In this document: positions 63,826 to 64,000 of the stretch, in pieces | Layout of the letters: each line of letters opens with the position of its first letter | How positions within the stretch are numbered: the stretch's first letter is position 1 | Assembly: GCF_001194135.2 (NCBI RefSeq) | Contig: NC_068984.1 | Coordinates: 18,796,340-18,860,339 of the forward strand | Source: Octopus bimaculoides | Lineage: Eukaryota | Length of the DNA stretch: 64,000 nt | Reading direction: 5' to 3' | Position numbers and translations under genes: made by a program | The notes under the pieces: model-generated | Databases searched by the model: none | What the model saw: the letters and a program-made list of their open reading frames with translations, nothing else | What the model was told of the DNA's origin: nothing

Positions 63826-64000
63826 TGTGTATCAATACCAGCAGATGACAACGTTTCCCTAAAAGAAATGGAGAAACTTTCAAAATACAAAGACCTGGAA
63901 ATAGAGGTAATTCAAATGTGGAATCTAAAAACAGAAACAATTCCTATCATAGTAGGCGCCTTAGGTATGATAAAAAAATATTCAGACAAATACATAACAA
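63826..64000 (+). mobile_element. Restriction-like-endonuclease (RLE) non-LTR retrotransposon C-terminal fragment
   Basis: VSIPADDNVSLKEMEKLSKYKDLEIEVIQMWNLKTETIPIIVGALG matches the RLE motif of HERO/R4/NeSL-type elements; runs off the window. Confidence 0.8.

Noticed and set aside
1-64000. CRISPR arrays, rRNA, prokaryotic operons or defence systems
   Set aside because: No regularly spaced repeat-spacer arrays, rRNA-like sequence or gene-dense intronless blocks; the window is eukaryotic intronic and intergenic DNA.

Overview
AT-rich, microsatellite- and retroposon-saturated animal genomic DNA with many assembly gaps. The repeat content suggests an Octopus genome; this is inference from recognised repeat families. 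One host gene is supported: a multi-exon WD40-repeat gene on the + strand (WDR87/WDR97-like by recollection). It has 12 phase-consistent GT-AG exons from 36869 to 59673 (1519 nt, about 506 codons, no stops), an unresolved 5' end, and probably continues past the window. The rest is mobile DNA: several RTE-clade LINE fragments plus a swarm of their 3'-UTR ends, four tRNA-headed SINE families, a structurally complete Merlin (IS1595-like) transposon with TIRs and an 8-bp TSD, a Sola3-like transposase remnant, mariner/Tc1/piggyBac-type MITEs, a Penelope GIY-YIG fragment with an inverted copy, and an RLE-type retrotransposon end. The most notable signal is three unrelated families of short non-coding palindromic elements (about 5.5 kb; 18.3 and 40.8 kb; 52.8 kb). 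Each carries a Penelope-type type-I hammerhead ribozyme motif and has head-to-head, tails-outward geometry. One family fuses a tRNA-like Pol III promoter to the hammerhead, i.e. a candidate Penelope-mobilised ribozyme SINE. Another places a core-intact hammerhead on the sense strand of a host-gene intron. SINE and LINE boundaries are approximate; everything was read by eye.
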